A DNA stretch of 42,482 nt from Clostridia bacterium (GTDB lineage Bacteria > Bacillota > Clostridia > Oscillospirales > CAG-272): positions 1-42,482 of the forward strand of contig JAFQPL010000010.1 of NCBI GenBank assembly GCA_017411785.1, written 5' to 3'. The notes under the pieces are model-generated. The model did no database searches and was not told the DNA's origin. It worked only from the letters and a program-made list of their open reading frames with translations. Position 1 is the stretch's first letter; the number at the start of each line of letters is the position of its first letter. Positions 8,582 through 16,585 of the stretch are shown here, in pieces. A program made the position numbers and the translations under genes.

Positions 8582-9694
8582 ATGAAGAGATTTTTAGCAC
8601 TTATTTTGTCGCTTTTATTTGTTCTTGGCGCGCTTCTTGCCTGCGGAAAGAAGAAATCTGCCGATACTGATGCTTATAAACAAAACGCGGAAGGCGAAAA
8701 TACACTCGATGATGAGCTTACTGAGCTTGGGGAAAATGTTGTATATGACAATAAGGATGATGAGCCTCAACCTCACGTTCCCAAGGCGGAAAGCACGGCG
8801 GGGCTCGCCTTTGAACCGACTGCTGACGGAAGGGAATATGTGCTTACGGGTAAGGGAACCTGCTCGGCTGTTAATATAGTTATAGACGGATATAATGATT
8901 TGCCCGTAACGGCTATTGCGCCGTCTGCCTTTACGGATTTCACCTCGTTGATAGGCGTATCGTTGGGCGGAGGTATAAAAAGCATAGGTCCCGATGCATT
9001 TTCGGGATGTACGAGTCTTGCTAATATAATTTTTCCCGCAAGTCTTACGAATATAGGTGAGGGAGCATTCCGCGGTTGTAGCGCGCTTGCTAATGTAACC
9101 TTCAGCGAAGGTATTGAGCGAATAGGCGCTTGGGCTTTTTCAAATTGTACCTCTCTTACGAGAATATCCTTGCCTGAGGGCTTAAAGGATATTGGCGGTT
9201 CGGCGTTTTATTCCTGCGAGAAGCTTATGAGCATAACGCTTCCCGATACGGTAACGAAAATAGGTAATTCGGCCTTTTATAATACCGAGTATTACAATGA
9301 CGCAAAGAACTGGTCAAAGGAGGTTCTCCTCATAGGAGATTGCTTGATAGATGTTAAGAAAAGCGTAGAGGGACAGTATTATGTGCTTCCGCAGGCGAGA
9401 GTCATTGCAGACGGAGCGTTTTATGCCTGCAAGGGTATTACAACGCTATCTCTGCCGATGGATCTTACCCACATAGGCGATTACGCCTTTTATTCCTGCT
9501 CCGCATTGGAGAGCGTGGAAATTTACGACACGGTGATATCGATTGGCGCGTCAGCCTTTGCCGATTGCTCGGCTATTAAAGAGGTAAATATTGTCAAGAC
9601 CGGAGAATGGGTTGGTGATGAAAACGCCGAAAATAAAGGAAATCTTCCGATGTCGAACGATGAAATTTTAAAAGCCATAAAGCCGCAGGCTTAA
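8582..9694 (+). CDS. BspA-type leucine-rich-repeat surface lipoprotein
   Basis: The signal peptide MKRFLALILSLLFVLGALLACGKK has the lipobox LLAC. It is followed by repeated ~23-aa units (I.I..SV..IG..AF..C.SL). ATG 8582 follows GGAGGA. Confidence 0.8.
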   Translation: MKRFLALILSLLFVLGALLACGKKKSADTDAYKQNAEGENTLDDELTELGENVVYDNKDDEPQPHVPKAESTAGLAFEPTADGREYVLTGKGTCSAVNIVIDGYNDLPVTAIAPSAFTDFTSLIGVSLGGGIKSIGPDAFSGCTSLANIIFPASLTNIGEGAFRGCSALANVTFSEGIERIGAWAFSNCTSLTRISLPEGLKDIGGSAFYSCEKLMSITLPDTVTKIGNSAFYNTEYYNDAKNWSKEVLLIGDCLIDVKKSVEGQYYVLPQARVIADGAFYACKGITTLSLPMDLTHIGDYAFYSCSALESVEIYDTVISIGASAFADCSAIKEVNIVKTGEWVGDENAENKGNLPMSNDEILKAIKPQA

Positions 9695-9712
9695 ATTTAA
9701 TAAACGGTGTAT

Positions 9713-9760
9713 AAAAAGCAGGCTGTCTCAAACGTGAGTTGAGACAGCCTGCTTTTTATA
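9713..9760. terminator. bidirectional intrinsic terminator between convergent genes
   Basis: AAAAAGCAGGCTGTCTCAA-loop-TTGAGACAGCCTGCTTTTT has an A-run on the 5' side and a T-run on the 3' side. Confidence 0.85.
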
Positions 9761-9824
9761 ATAAGAAAATTCCACGAATCGACAAGCTTGCTTTTAACGG
9801 ATTTGTTTTTCGCGGGGTGAATGT

Positions 9825-11168
9825 TTAAAGCTTAATTACGTCAATTTCCTCTATTCCGTAATAAAGAAGAAGCTCTGCCGCCTCTGCGGTAATCAGCTCT
9901 CCGCTTACTATCGGTGGAATCGCAGGCGGGCAGGACACGCTCGGAGCGGCGCATATGCGCCCCACGGCTTTTTTTACGTTGATCCTTTCGCTTTGCGAAA
10001 AGATCGCTTCCCGCAGTGAAAGCGCTTGCTTGCAGGGAAGAATTCGCGGAGGACAGGCAACACTTGCGTTTCGCGCAGGGATGCTTGCAAAGGTTGATTT
10101 TATCCTTTCAAAATCGACATCCGCGGTTTCTGTGGATATCATAAGAACGAGCGCGTCAAGGTCTGCGTACTCGGGCTCCACGCTATGCTCTCTCAAGCGG
10201 GACGCAAGCTCGATGCCCGAATAGGAGCAGGAGTCTCTCGTTATTACGATTTTAAGGCTCTCATCTCCCGCAGAATCAAAGCCCAAAGCCGCAAGCTCGT
10301 TTTTTAGCGCATCTACCTTTTTTTCGACGGCGGCAAGCTTTTCGCTAAAGCCGTTAGCGAGATACGCGTTAGTCAGGTCAAGCGATTGAAGCGTGAGATA
10401 CGACGGACTTGTTGAGGCAAAGAGGGAAAGCATATTTCTGGTGTCATCCTTGTCAAAGGGGGTAAAGCTCTTTGAAATATGCAGATACGCGCCGCCCGTG
10501 AGCGTGGGAAGCGTTTTGTGCGCCGAATCGCAACACATATCTGCCCCGAGAGCGATTGGATGCCGTGAGGGTCGCTCAAAGGCCAAATACGCGCCGTGTG
10601 CGTTATCTACGAGCAGATATATGCCGAACTCCTTGCAGACCTCGGAAAGCCCCTTTATATCAAGAATTTCGCCGAGATATGTCGGAGAGGTGACGTAAAG
10701 GGCGCAGGGAAGCTCGCTCATTGAGGAGAGCTTGCGTTTAAGCTCGGAGGGATTAAGACTGCAATCGCAAAGATGCAGAGGCTTGTCGGGATATATCCAG
10801 TCTACCTCAAAATCAAGCAGCGCGCAGGCGTAAATAAACGCCTTGTGTATATTGCGCGCGGCAAGGATTTTTGACTTCTTTTTTGAATTGCGCTTGACCA
10901 GAGCAAGCATAGCCTTTATTGCGAGAGTTGAGCCCTCGGTAGAGTAAAAGGTGTGCGCAGTGCCGAATAGCTTTGCCGCGTTCCTCTCACTTTCATCAAT
11001 TATTCCGTTTGCCGAGTACAGCACATCGGCTCCGTTTATTTCGGTTATATCAAATGCTTCGCAGCCTAAAAGCGAATTGCCCTTGTGTGCGGGCATATGT
11101 AAACGGGATATATTATCGGCTGCATAGTGCTTTACAAAGTCGGCGATAGGTGTTGTTATTTTACTCAT
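9825..11168 (-). CDS. PLP-dependent Orn/Lys/Arg decarboxylase-family protein
   Basis: The N-terminus (LHMPAHKGN...DITE..G.D.L......I.ESE..AA.LFG...TF..T.GST) and a later SAHKTLP lysine motif are typical of the major domain of this decarboxylase family. The start ATG overlaps the maturase stop in ATGAGTAA, an 8-nt overlap. Confidence 0.75.
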   Translation of the reverse strand: MSKITTPIADFVKHYAADNISRLHMPAHKGNSLLGCEAFDITEINGADVLYSANGIIDESERNAAKLFGTAHTFYSTEGSTLAIKAMLALVKRNSKKKSKILAARNIHKAFIYACALLDFEVDWIYPDKPLHLCDCSLNPSELKRKLSSMSELPCALYVTSPTYLGEILDIKGLSEVCKEFGIYLLVDNAHGAYLAFERPSRHPIALGADMCCDSAHKTLPTLTGGAYLHISKSFTPFDKDDTRNMLSLFASTSPSYLTLQSLDLTNAYLANGFSEKLAAVEKKVDALKNELAALGFDSAGDESLKIVITRDSCSYSGIELASRLREHSVEPEYADLDALVLMISTETADVDFERIKSTFASIPARNASVACPPRILPCKQALSLREAIFSQSERINVKKAVGRICAAPSVSCPPAIPPIVSGELITAEAAELLLYYGIEEIDVIKL

Positions 11169-12549
11169 CTGCTTCTGCTACCTGCAGCATAACGGCACAT
11201 TCAATGCGCTTTTTGAAAAGCTCGCATCCGTACTCATAGACACCGTTTATACTGCCTGTTGCGTGATATGCATTCGCGGCGCATCCGCCCGAGCAGTAAA
11301 GCCTTGCCCAGCAGTCTGCGCATTCGGGACGCGCGTAAGCGTTACACGAACGGAATTCATCCTGAATTGCGGTGTTTGTAATGCCGTCATAGATATTTCC
11401 AAGACTGTATTTTGGGTCTCCCACAAACTGATGACAGGGGAAAAGCTCACCCCAAGGAGTTACAGCCATATATTCGGTACCCGAACCGCAGCCCGTTATT
11501 CGCTTGTAGATACAGGGACCGTTCTTGAGGTCAAGCATATAGTGATAGAAGGTAAAGGGGCGGCCTTCCTTTTTGCGCTTGATCATTTCCTTTGCAAGAA
11601 TTTCGTATTGCTCGAATATTTTTGGCATATCTTCTTTTGTAAGAGCGCAAGGGTCGGTTGGCGCGCAAACTACGGGCTCCATACTCAGCTCGGTAAATCC
11701 GAGGTCTGCCATATGCAATATGTCGTTGGTAAAATCGACGTTGTTGTGAGTAAAGGTTCCGCGAACGTAATAATCCTTTCCGCCGCGGGCTTCAACGAGC
11801 CGTCTGAATTTGGGAACTATCCTTTCGTAGCTTCCGTTACCTGCGTAATCCTTGCGGAAAAGGTCATGAACCTCACGTCTGCCGTCAAGGCTGAGTACGA
11901 CGTTGCTCATTTCCTTGTTGAGAAAATCTATAACCTCGTCATCTATAAGCAGACCGTTGGTCGTAAGGGTAAATCTGAAATTTTTATTGTGTTCCTTTTC
12001 TATACTGCGCGCATAGGCAACAAGCTGCTTTACCACGTCCCAGTTCATAAGAGGCTCGCCGCCGAAGAAGTCCACCTCAAGATTTCTGCGAGTTCCCGAA
12101 TTTTCAATAAGAAAATCAAAGGCGCGTTTTCCTACCTCAAAGCTCATGACCGCGCGGTCGCCTTGATATTTTCCTTGGCTTGCAAAGCAATAGGAGCAGT
12201 TAAGATTGCAGGTGTGCGCTACGTGTAAGCAAAGCGCCTTTATTACCTTGCTGTTGTTTTTATAATTGCAGGCAAGCGCTTCGTATTCATCCTTTGAATA
12301 AAGCTTTCCCGCATCCTCAAGTGAGCGTACGTCGTCTATACAAGCGAGGATCTCATCCTTGGTAACGCTTGCATCGTCGGCGTATTTTTCAAGCATAGCC
12401 GAAACTATCTGCTCGGGGGAGCTTGTTTTGTACATTTCGATTATATCGTAAGCGACCTCGTCAACTGCGTGGACAGAGCCGCTTGCAGTGTCGAGAACTA
12501 TATTGTAGCCGTTAAGCTTGTACTGATGTACCATATTTATATACCTCAA
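11161..12549 (-). CDS. scfB: radical SAM/SPASM thioether-forming maturase for the SCIFF peptide
   Basis: It has the CNLNCSYC radical SAM cluster motif, a C-terminal Cys-rich SPASM region (CGSG...C...C..C....C.GGC), and sits immediately downstream of a SCIFF precursor. Confidence 0.88.
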   Translation of the reverse strand: MRYINMVHQYKLNGYNIVLDTASGSVHAVDEVAYDIIEMYKTSSPEQIVSAMLEKYADDASVTKDEILACIDDVRSLEDAGKLYSKDEYEALACNYKNNSKVIKALCLHVAHTCNLNCSYCFASQGKYQGDRAVMSFEVGKRAFDFLIENSGTRRNLEVDFFGGEPLMNWDVVKQLVAYARSIEKEHNKNFRFTLTTNGLLIDDEVIDFLNKEMSNVVLSLDGRREVHDLFRKDYAGNGSYERIVPKFRRLVEARGGKDYYVRGTFTHNNVDFTNDILHMADLGFTELSMEPVVCAPTDPCALTKEDMPKIFEQYEILAKEMIKRKKEGRPFTFYHYMLDLKNGPCIYKRITGCGSGTEYMAVTPWGELFPCHQFVGDPKYSLGNIYDGITNTAIQDEFRSCNAYARPECADCWARLYCSGGCAANAYHATGSINGVYEYGCELFKKRIECAVMLQVAEADE

Positions 12550-12573
12550 AATAAAAAATTAAACGCAAAGTTA

Positions 12574-12600
12574 AAACGCTGCCTTTTTAAGACAGCGTTT
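12574..12600 (-). terminator. hairpin between the SCIFF precursor and the maturase (candidate partial terminator or attenuator)
   Basis: On the minus strand, AACGCTG-loop-CAGCGTT is followed by TTTTAACTTTGCGTTTAATTTTTTATTTT. Confidence 0.5.
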
Positions 12601-12613
12601 CTATTTTCAGAAA

Positions 12614-12763
12614 TTACTTGTTATCTGAATTCTCGCATTTCTGGTTTGCAACGCCGCAAGACGTCTTGCAAGCGGACTGGCAAGAGGTTTGGCACTCACC
12701 GCAGCCGCCGTTCTGTACGGTTTTTGCAATATCTTTAGTTTCGATCGTCTTAATTCTGCTCAT
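12614..12763 (-). CDS. scfA: SCIFF (six-cysteines-in-forty-five) ranthipeptide precursor, 49 aa
   Basis: The peptide is MSRIKTIETKDIAKTVQNGGCGECQTSCQSACKTSCGVANQKCENSDNK. This is the characteristic SCIFF sequence with GG followed by six Cys. The RBS GGAGGT lies 7 nt upstream of ATG 12763. The longer track ORF (to 12880) is rejected. Confidence 0.92.
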   Translation of the reverse strand: MSRIKTIETKDIAKTVQNGGCGECQTSCQSACKTSCGVANQKCENSDNK

Positions 12764-12796
12764 TTTAAAGACCTCCGCATAAAATTTTACAAATAA

Positions 12797-12825
12797 ATTA
12801 TAGCATAGAGCATATCTTTTGTCAA
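12797..12825 (-). promoter_or_regulatory. consensus sigma-A promoter for scfA (TTGACA-17-TATAAT with TGn)
   Basis: On the minus strand, TTGACA lies at 12825-12820 and TATAAT at 12802-12797, preceded by TGC. Confidence 0.7.
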
Positions 12826-12854
12826 TAGAAAAAGTAAAAGAAGGGCTAAAAACT

Positions 12855-13625
12855 TCAATTTTCCTCGCAGTCATCCGCATAGGCTTTCAGGCCCTGCATT
12901 TTGCTTATTTCCTTAAAACCGTCTATGCCTCCTCGCTGTATCGCGCCGAAAATTCTGTAGCGAAGCCCCTTGTTCTCCTTTTCGAGTGTGGCAAGAAGCT
13001 TTTTCATTTCCTCACGCTCGGTGTTGCCATCCGCGGGGCAGGGTGATTTTACAACAGGGAGGTTCGCTTTGGAGGCGAAATATCTTATGTCCTTTTCGGG
13101 CATATAGAGCATGGGGCGTATCAGGGTTATTTCGGTGTTGGAAAGATAGGTCACAGGCTGAAAGCAACCGAGCCGCCCCTCGAAAAAAAGATTCAGCATA
13201 AAGGTTTCAACTACGTCATCGAAATGGTGTCCGAGCGCAACCTTGTTAAAACCAAGCTCACGGGCTGCTCCGTACAGCGCTCCGCGACGCATTTTTGCGC
13301 AGAGTGAGCAAGGATTTTTTTCCTTTCTTACGTCGAATATAACGGTTGAGATTTGTGTTGGTATTATGTGATAGGGAACGTCAAGCTCCGCGCAAAGCTT
13401 TTTGATAGAGGAAAAATCACTTCCTTCAAAGCCCATATCTACGGTTATTGCTGAAAGCTCAAATTTTTTCGGATAAAATCTTCGAAGCTCGGCAAGGGCG
13501 CAGAGAAGCGTGAGACTGTCCTTTCCCGCCGAAACGCCAACGGCAATTTTGTCGCCGTCATCGATCATCTGATAGTCGTCAACTCCGCGCCTCACGTAGC
13601 TTAAAATTCGCTTTATGTTTTCCAT
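12855..13625 (-). CDS. ttcA: PP-loop ATPase, TtcA-like tRNA 2-thiocytidine synthetase family
   Basis: It has the PP-loop VGVSAGKDS, CSLCAKMRRG and a C-terminal SPCPADG cysteine motif. ATG 13625 follows AAGAGG. Confidence 0.75.
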   Translation of the reverse strand: MENIKRILSYVRRGVDDYQMIDDGDKIAVGVSAGKDSLTLLCALAELRRFYPKKFELSAITVDMGFEGSDFSSIKKLCAELDVPYHIIPTQISTVIFDVRKEKNPCSLCAKMRRGALYGAARELGFNKVALGHHFDDVVETFMLNLFFEGRLGCFQPVTYLSNTEITLIRPMLYMPEKDIRYFASKANLPVVKSPCPADGNTEREEMKKLLATLEKENKGLRYRIFGAIQRGGIDGFKEISKMQGLKAYADDCEEN

Positions 13626-13637
13626 AGTTAACACCTC

Positions 13638-14393
13638 TTATTCAAAGGATAGCGTTTCGTATATGCGCTTTGCGCGCTCGCTCATAGCAGTGTGCGCGGT
13701 GTCCTCATAAAGTATAAGAGGCGCAGTTACGGTAGCGCCCGAGGAGCCGCCCTTGGTTGCCGAAACGAGAACTATTGAAGGCTCTGTGAGCGCATCGGCG
13801 TGTACGAAGGTTATTATCTTCGGCTCAAGTCGGTTGGAGCGCAGAGCGTAAAAAAGGTCGCATACACGGTCGGGACGCCAAACGACGTAGAATTTTCCGC
13901 CGTGCTTTAAAAGCCTAAAGCCTGCCTTGCAAAAGCTATTGATATCTCCGCAGACCTCGTGACGCGCGATATATTTGGATGTAGAGAGATTTCTTTTTCC
14001 CGAATCTGCTTTCATATACGGGGGGTTGCAGAATATAACGTCGGCTTCGCCGTTTATGTCGTCACAGGAAAGCTTTGCAACGTCTGTGTTCAATACCGAT
14101 ATTACGCTGTCAAGCTTATTAAGGCTTGCGTTCCTTTGTGTAAGCGCGGCAAATTCCTCCTGGATCTCTACTGCAATGATTTTTGAGAGCTTTTTCCGCT
14201 CAGCAAGTAAAAGTGATATTATTCCCGTACCCGAGCCAAGCTCTATACCTTTTTTGCTTGGCGCGCTTTTTATAAAAGACGCAAGAAGAAAGGCATCTGT
14301 GCCAAAGGTCAATCCGTCGGTCTTTTGAATAAGCTTAAGGTTTTCATTTACCTCGTCAAGTCTTTCATTTGAAAGGAGCTTAATGCTCTCCAT
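13638..14393 (-). CDS. SAM-dependent N6-adenine methyltransferase, tRNA1(Val) m6A37 (YfiC/TrmN6)-like
   Basis: It has the LGSGTG SAM motif and the FCNPPY catalytic motif. The N-terminus (L..ERLDE......LIQ......FG.DA.LL) is typical of this family. ATG 14393 follows AAGGAG. Confidence 0.7.
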   Translation of the reverse strand: MESIKLLSNERLDEVNENLKLIQKTDGLTFGTDAFLLASFIKSAPSKKGIELGSGTGIISLLLAERKKLSKIIAVEIQEEFAALTQRNASLNKLDSVISVLNTDVAKLSCDDINGEADVIFCNPPYMKADSGKRNLSTSKYIARHEVCGDINSFCKAGFRLLKHGGKFYVVWRPDRVCDLFYALRSNRLEPKIITFVHADALTEPSIVLVSATKGGSSGATVTAPLILYEDTAHTAMSERAKRIYETLSFE

Positions 14394-14404
14394 AAAAATC
14401 TCCT

Positions 14405-14448
14405 TAAATAAAAAATGAAAGGTTGCTGCCGTGTTCGGCAGCAACCTT
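14405..14448 (-). terminator. intrinsic terminator downstream of the ferredoxin gene
   Basis: A perfect 13-bp stem AAGGTTGCTGCCG-TGTT-CGGCAGCAACCTT (14419-14448) is followed on the minus strand by TCATTTTTTATTT. Confidence 0.85.
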
Positions 14449-14470
14449 GTCAAAATGCGTTGTCCGTAAA

Positions 14471-14641
14471 TCAGTCGGCAGTGGGAGCCTCAACAGGACA
14501 AGCCTCTGCGCAAGCGCCGCACTCGATGCACTCGTCTGCGTTTATCTCGTACTTGCCGTCGCCCTCGGTAATAGCGCTTACGGGGCAAGCATCTGCACAA
14601 GCGCCGCAAGCGATGCAAGCGTCTGTAATCTTGTATGCCAT
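14471..14641 (-). CDS. fdx: clostridial-type 2x[4Fe-4S] ferredoxin, 56 aa
   Basis: Manual reverse-complement translation gives MAYKITDACIACGACADACPVSAITEGDGKYEINADECIECGACAEACPVEAPTAD*. It contains two CxxCxxCxxxCP motifs, and a GGAGGT RBS lies upstream. The ORF is too short for the ORF track. The track ORFs at 14415-14762, 14423-14647 and 14490-14747 are shadows of it. Confidence 0.93.
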   Translation of the reverse strand: MAYKITDACIACGACADACPVSAITEGDGKYEINADECIECGACAEACPVEAPTAD

Positions 14642-14675
14642 AATTAATTACCTCCATAAATTTTACTGTACATAC

Positions 14676-14703
14676 ATTGTAGCACATAATTTCAGAATTG
14701 CAA
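14676..14703 (-). promoter_or_regulatory. sigma-A-type promoter for the ferredoxin gene (TTGCAA-16-TACAAT with TGn)
   Basis: On the minus strand, TTGCAA lies at 14703-14698 and TACAAT at 14681-14676, preceded by TGC. Confidence 0.5.
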
Positions 14704-14891
14704 GAGAAAAAGCAAAAAAAATATATAAAATTTTTAAAAAAATACATTTTTTATCTTTTTGAGGTGCTTTTTTTAAAAACAAAATAAAAGCTTCAAATTT
14801 TATAAAAAATTTTTGTTGCACCCTAATACGACAATTTTTACGTAAAGTATATGTTAAAATTTAACGGCGGAAACAAAAAGGAGGATAAAAA

Positions 14892-15236
14892 ATGCTTAAG
14901 AAAAATTGTACATTAGAGCTTGACGGAAATCGTGAAGAGCTTACCGTTATTTTAAGGGGAGAGATCGACCATTACACTGCGGCATGGGTAAGAAGCGAAA
15001 TAGACGCAAGTATATCCGAGCTTCGTCCTAAGCGGACGGTCTTTGTTCTTTCGGAGATAGATTTTATGGATAGCTCGGGTATAGGTCTTATTATGGGCCG
15101 ATATGCGAAGATGCAGAATATAGGCGGCACGCTCGCGGTAAGAGATCCGAGCGATCGGGTCGAGAGAATATTCAAGCTTGCGGGACTTGAAAGGATAATA
15201 GAGCTTGAGAAGGGAGAAAAAAACAATGAGAACTAA
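14892..15236 (+). CDS. spoIIAA: anti-sigma-F factor antagonist (STAS domain)
   Basis: It is a STAS protein with the phosphorylatable DSSGIG motif, and it is the first gene of a three-gene sigF operon. The RBS is AAGGAGGA. Confidence 0.88.
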   Translation: MLKKNCTLELDGNREELTVILRGEIDHYTAAWVRSEIDASISELRPKRTVFVLSEIDFMDSSGIGLIMGRYAKMQNIGGTLAVRDPSDRVERIFKLAGLERIIELEKGEKNNEN

Positions 15237-15699
15237 TCTTGAAAAAGAAAAAAACAGATTTTCCGGAGCGGTTATAAATGAAATGCGTATAAAGCTTCCG
15301 TCTCTTTCGGTGAATGAGTCTGTGGCAAGATCGGTAGTAGCTGCGTTTTGCGCTCAGCTCGATCCCTCTGCCTGTGAGGTGGCGGATATAAAATGCGCCG
15401 TAAGCGAGGCGGTAACCAATTGTATAGTACACGCGTACAAGGATTCCGTGGGGATAATCTACATAACGGTGAAGCTTTGCGAGGGCAGAACGGTAAGAGT
15501 TGAGATACGTGACAGAGGCAGAGGAATAGAGAACGTAAGACTTGCGCGGCAGCCCCTGTATACGACCGATGCCGAAAATGAGCGAAGCGGAATGGGCTTT
15601 ACCGTAATGGAAAGCTTTTGTGATAGAGTGAGGGTGAATTCGCAATGCAAAAAGGGAACTACGGTAACGCTGTACAAGCTGTTGAAGAATCGGGAATAG
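15226..15699 (+). CDS. spoIIAB: anti-sigma-F factor (serine protein kinase)
   Basis: It has HATPase-type motifs (EAVTNCIVHAY, DRGRGI, SGMGF). It overlaps the spoIIAA stop. ATG 15226 is preferred to TTG 15205. Confidence 0.88.
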   Translation: MRTNLEKEKNRFSGAVINEMRIKLPSLSVNESVARSVVAAFCAQLDPSACEVADIKCAVSEAVTNCIVHAYKDSVGIIYITVKLCEGRTVRVEIRDRGRGIENVRLARQPLYTTDAENERSGMGFTVMESFCDRVRVNSQCKKGTTVTLYKLLKNRE

Positions 15700-16457
15700 A
15701 GCAAGAGTTCAAAAACGGGAGAGGTTATTCTAAAAATATAGATCTCGTCAGAATAGCGCAAGGGGAGGATGAGGAGCTTTCCATGCGAGCTACAGAGGAG
15801 CTTGTTATCCTTAACCGAGGTCTTGTGAGAAGCGTTGCCATACGCTTTCGAGATAGAGGGGTGGAGATTGAGGATCTGATACAAATAGGTACGATAGGGC
15901 TTATAAAGGCTATCAGAAGCTTTGATGTAGGACGGGGTACTCTTTTTTCGACCTACGCCGTTCCCATGATATTCGGAGAGATACGCAGAGCGCTTCGCGA
16001 TGAGGGCATGATAAAGGTTGGAAGGTATTATAAATCACTCGGTGTTCAGCTTGCGAGAGCAAAAAACGAGCTTGTAATGCAATACGGAGATGGCGTTCAT
16101 ATTTCGATGATCGCCGAGGCGGTAGGAGTCAGCGTCGAGGAGGCGGCTGTTGCGCTTGATGCTATGTCTGCTCCGATGTCGCTTTCCGATTTCGTTTACG
16201 GTGATGAGGACGGCACGGTTCTTGAGGATACTATTGCCGACAAGGACAGTCTTGAATATAACAAAAAATTCTTTGAAAGAATGGCTCTGAGAGAGGCGAT
16301 CGATAAAATGAACGAGCTATGGCAAAAGATACTCGTTTTGCGGTTTTTCAGAAATAAAACTCAACAGCAGGTAGCCGATATTCTTGGACTGTCGCAGGTC
16401 AAGGTATCAAGGGAAGAAAAGAAAATAGTTGAATTTTTGAGAAATGAAATGAGATGA
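15645..16457 (+). CDS. sigF: sporulation sigma factor SigF
   Basis: It has sigma-70 region 2 (DLIQIGTIGLIKAIRSFD, STYAVPMIFGEIRR) and the region 4 HTH (QQQVADILGLSQVKVSREEKK). The only in-frame canonical start upstream of region 1.2 is ATG 15645, which overlaps spoIIAB by 55 nt. Confidence 0.85.
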   Translation: MQKGNYGNAVQAVEESGIEQEFKNGRGYSKNIDLVRIAQGEDEELSMRATEELVILNRGLVRSVAIRFRDRGVEIEDLIQIGTIGLIKAIRSFDVGRGTLFSTYAVPMIFGEIRRALRDEGMIKVGRYYKSLGVQLARAKNELVMQYGDGVHISMIAEAVGVSVEEAAVALDAMSAPMSLSDFVYGDEDGTVLEDTIADKDSLEYNKKFFERMALREAIDKMNELWQKILVLRFFRNKTQQQVADILGLSQVKVSREEKKIVEFLRNEMR

Positions 16458-16499
16458 AGCAAAAAATGCGAAAAAAGAATAAAAATTTGTAAATTATAC

Positions 16500-16528
16500 T
16501 TGATATTCGGGGATTTTTGTGGTATATT
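16500..16528 (+). promoter_or_regulatory. sigma-A-type promoter for pgk-tpiA (TTGATA-17-TATATT with TGn)
   Basis: TTGATA lies at 16500-16505 and TGG-TATATT ends at 16528. Confidence 0.55.
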
Positions 16529-16585
16529 ATAAGTTGGTTAATAAAATAACAAAAAATAACAAAAAACTGAAAGGTGGCAATGAAA

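Noticed and set aside
12614-12880. The ORF track lists an 88-aa version of the SCIFF ORF starting at 12880.
   Set aside because: The N-terminal extension overlaps the 3' end of the TtcA-like gene and runs through the scfA promoter. ATG 12763 has a GGAGGT RBS and yields the canonical 49-aa SCIFF peptide.
14763-14891. I looked for a Spo0A box (TACGACA at 14827-14833, the complement of TGTCGTA) and a sigma-H promoter upstream of spoIIAA.
   Set aside because: There is only a 6/7 match to the 0A-box consensus in a very AT-rich region, and I could not identify a convincing sigma-H -35/-10 pair. This is too weak to report as a feature.
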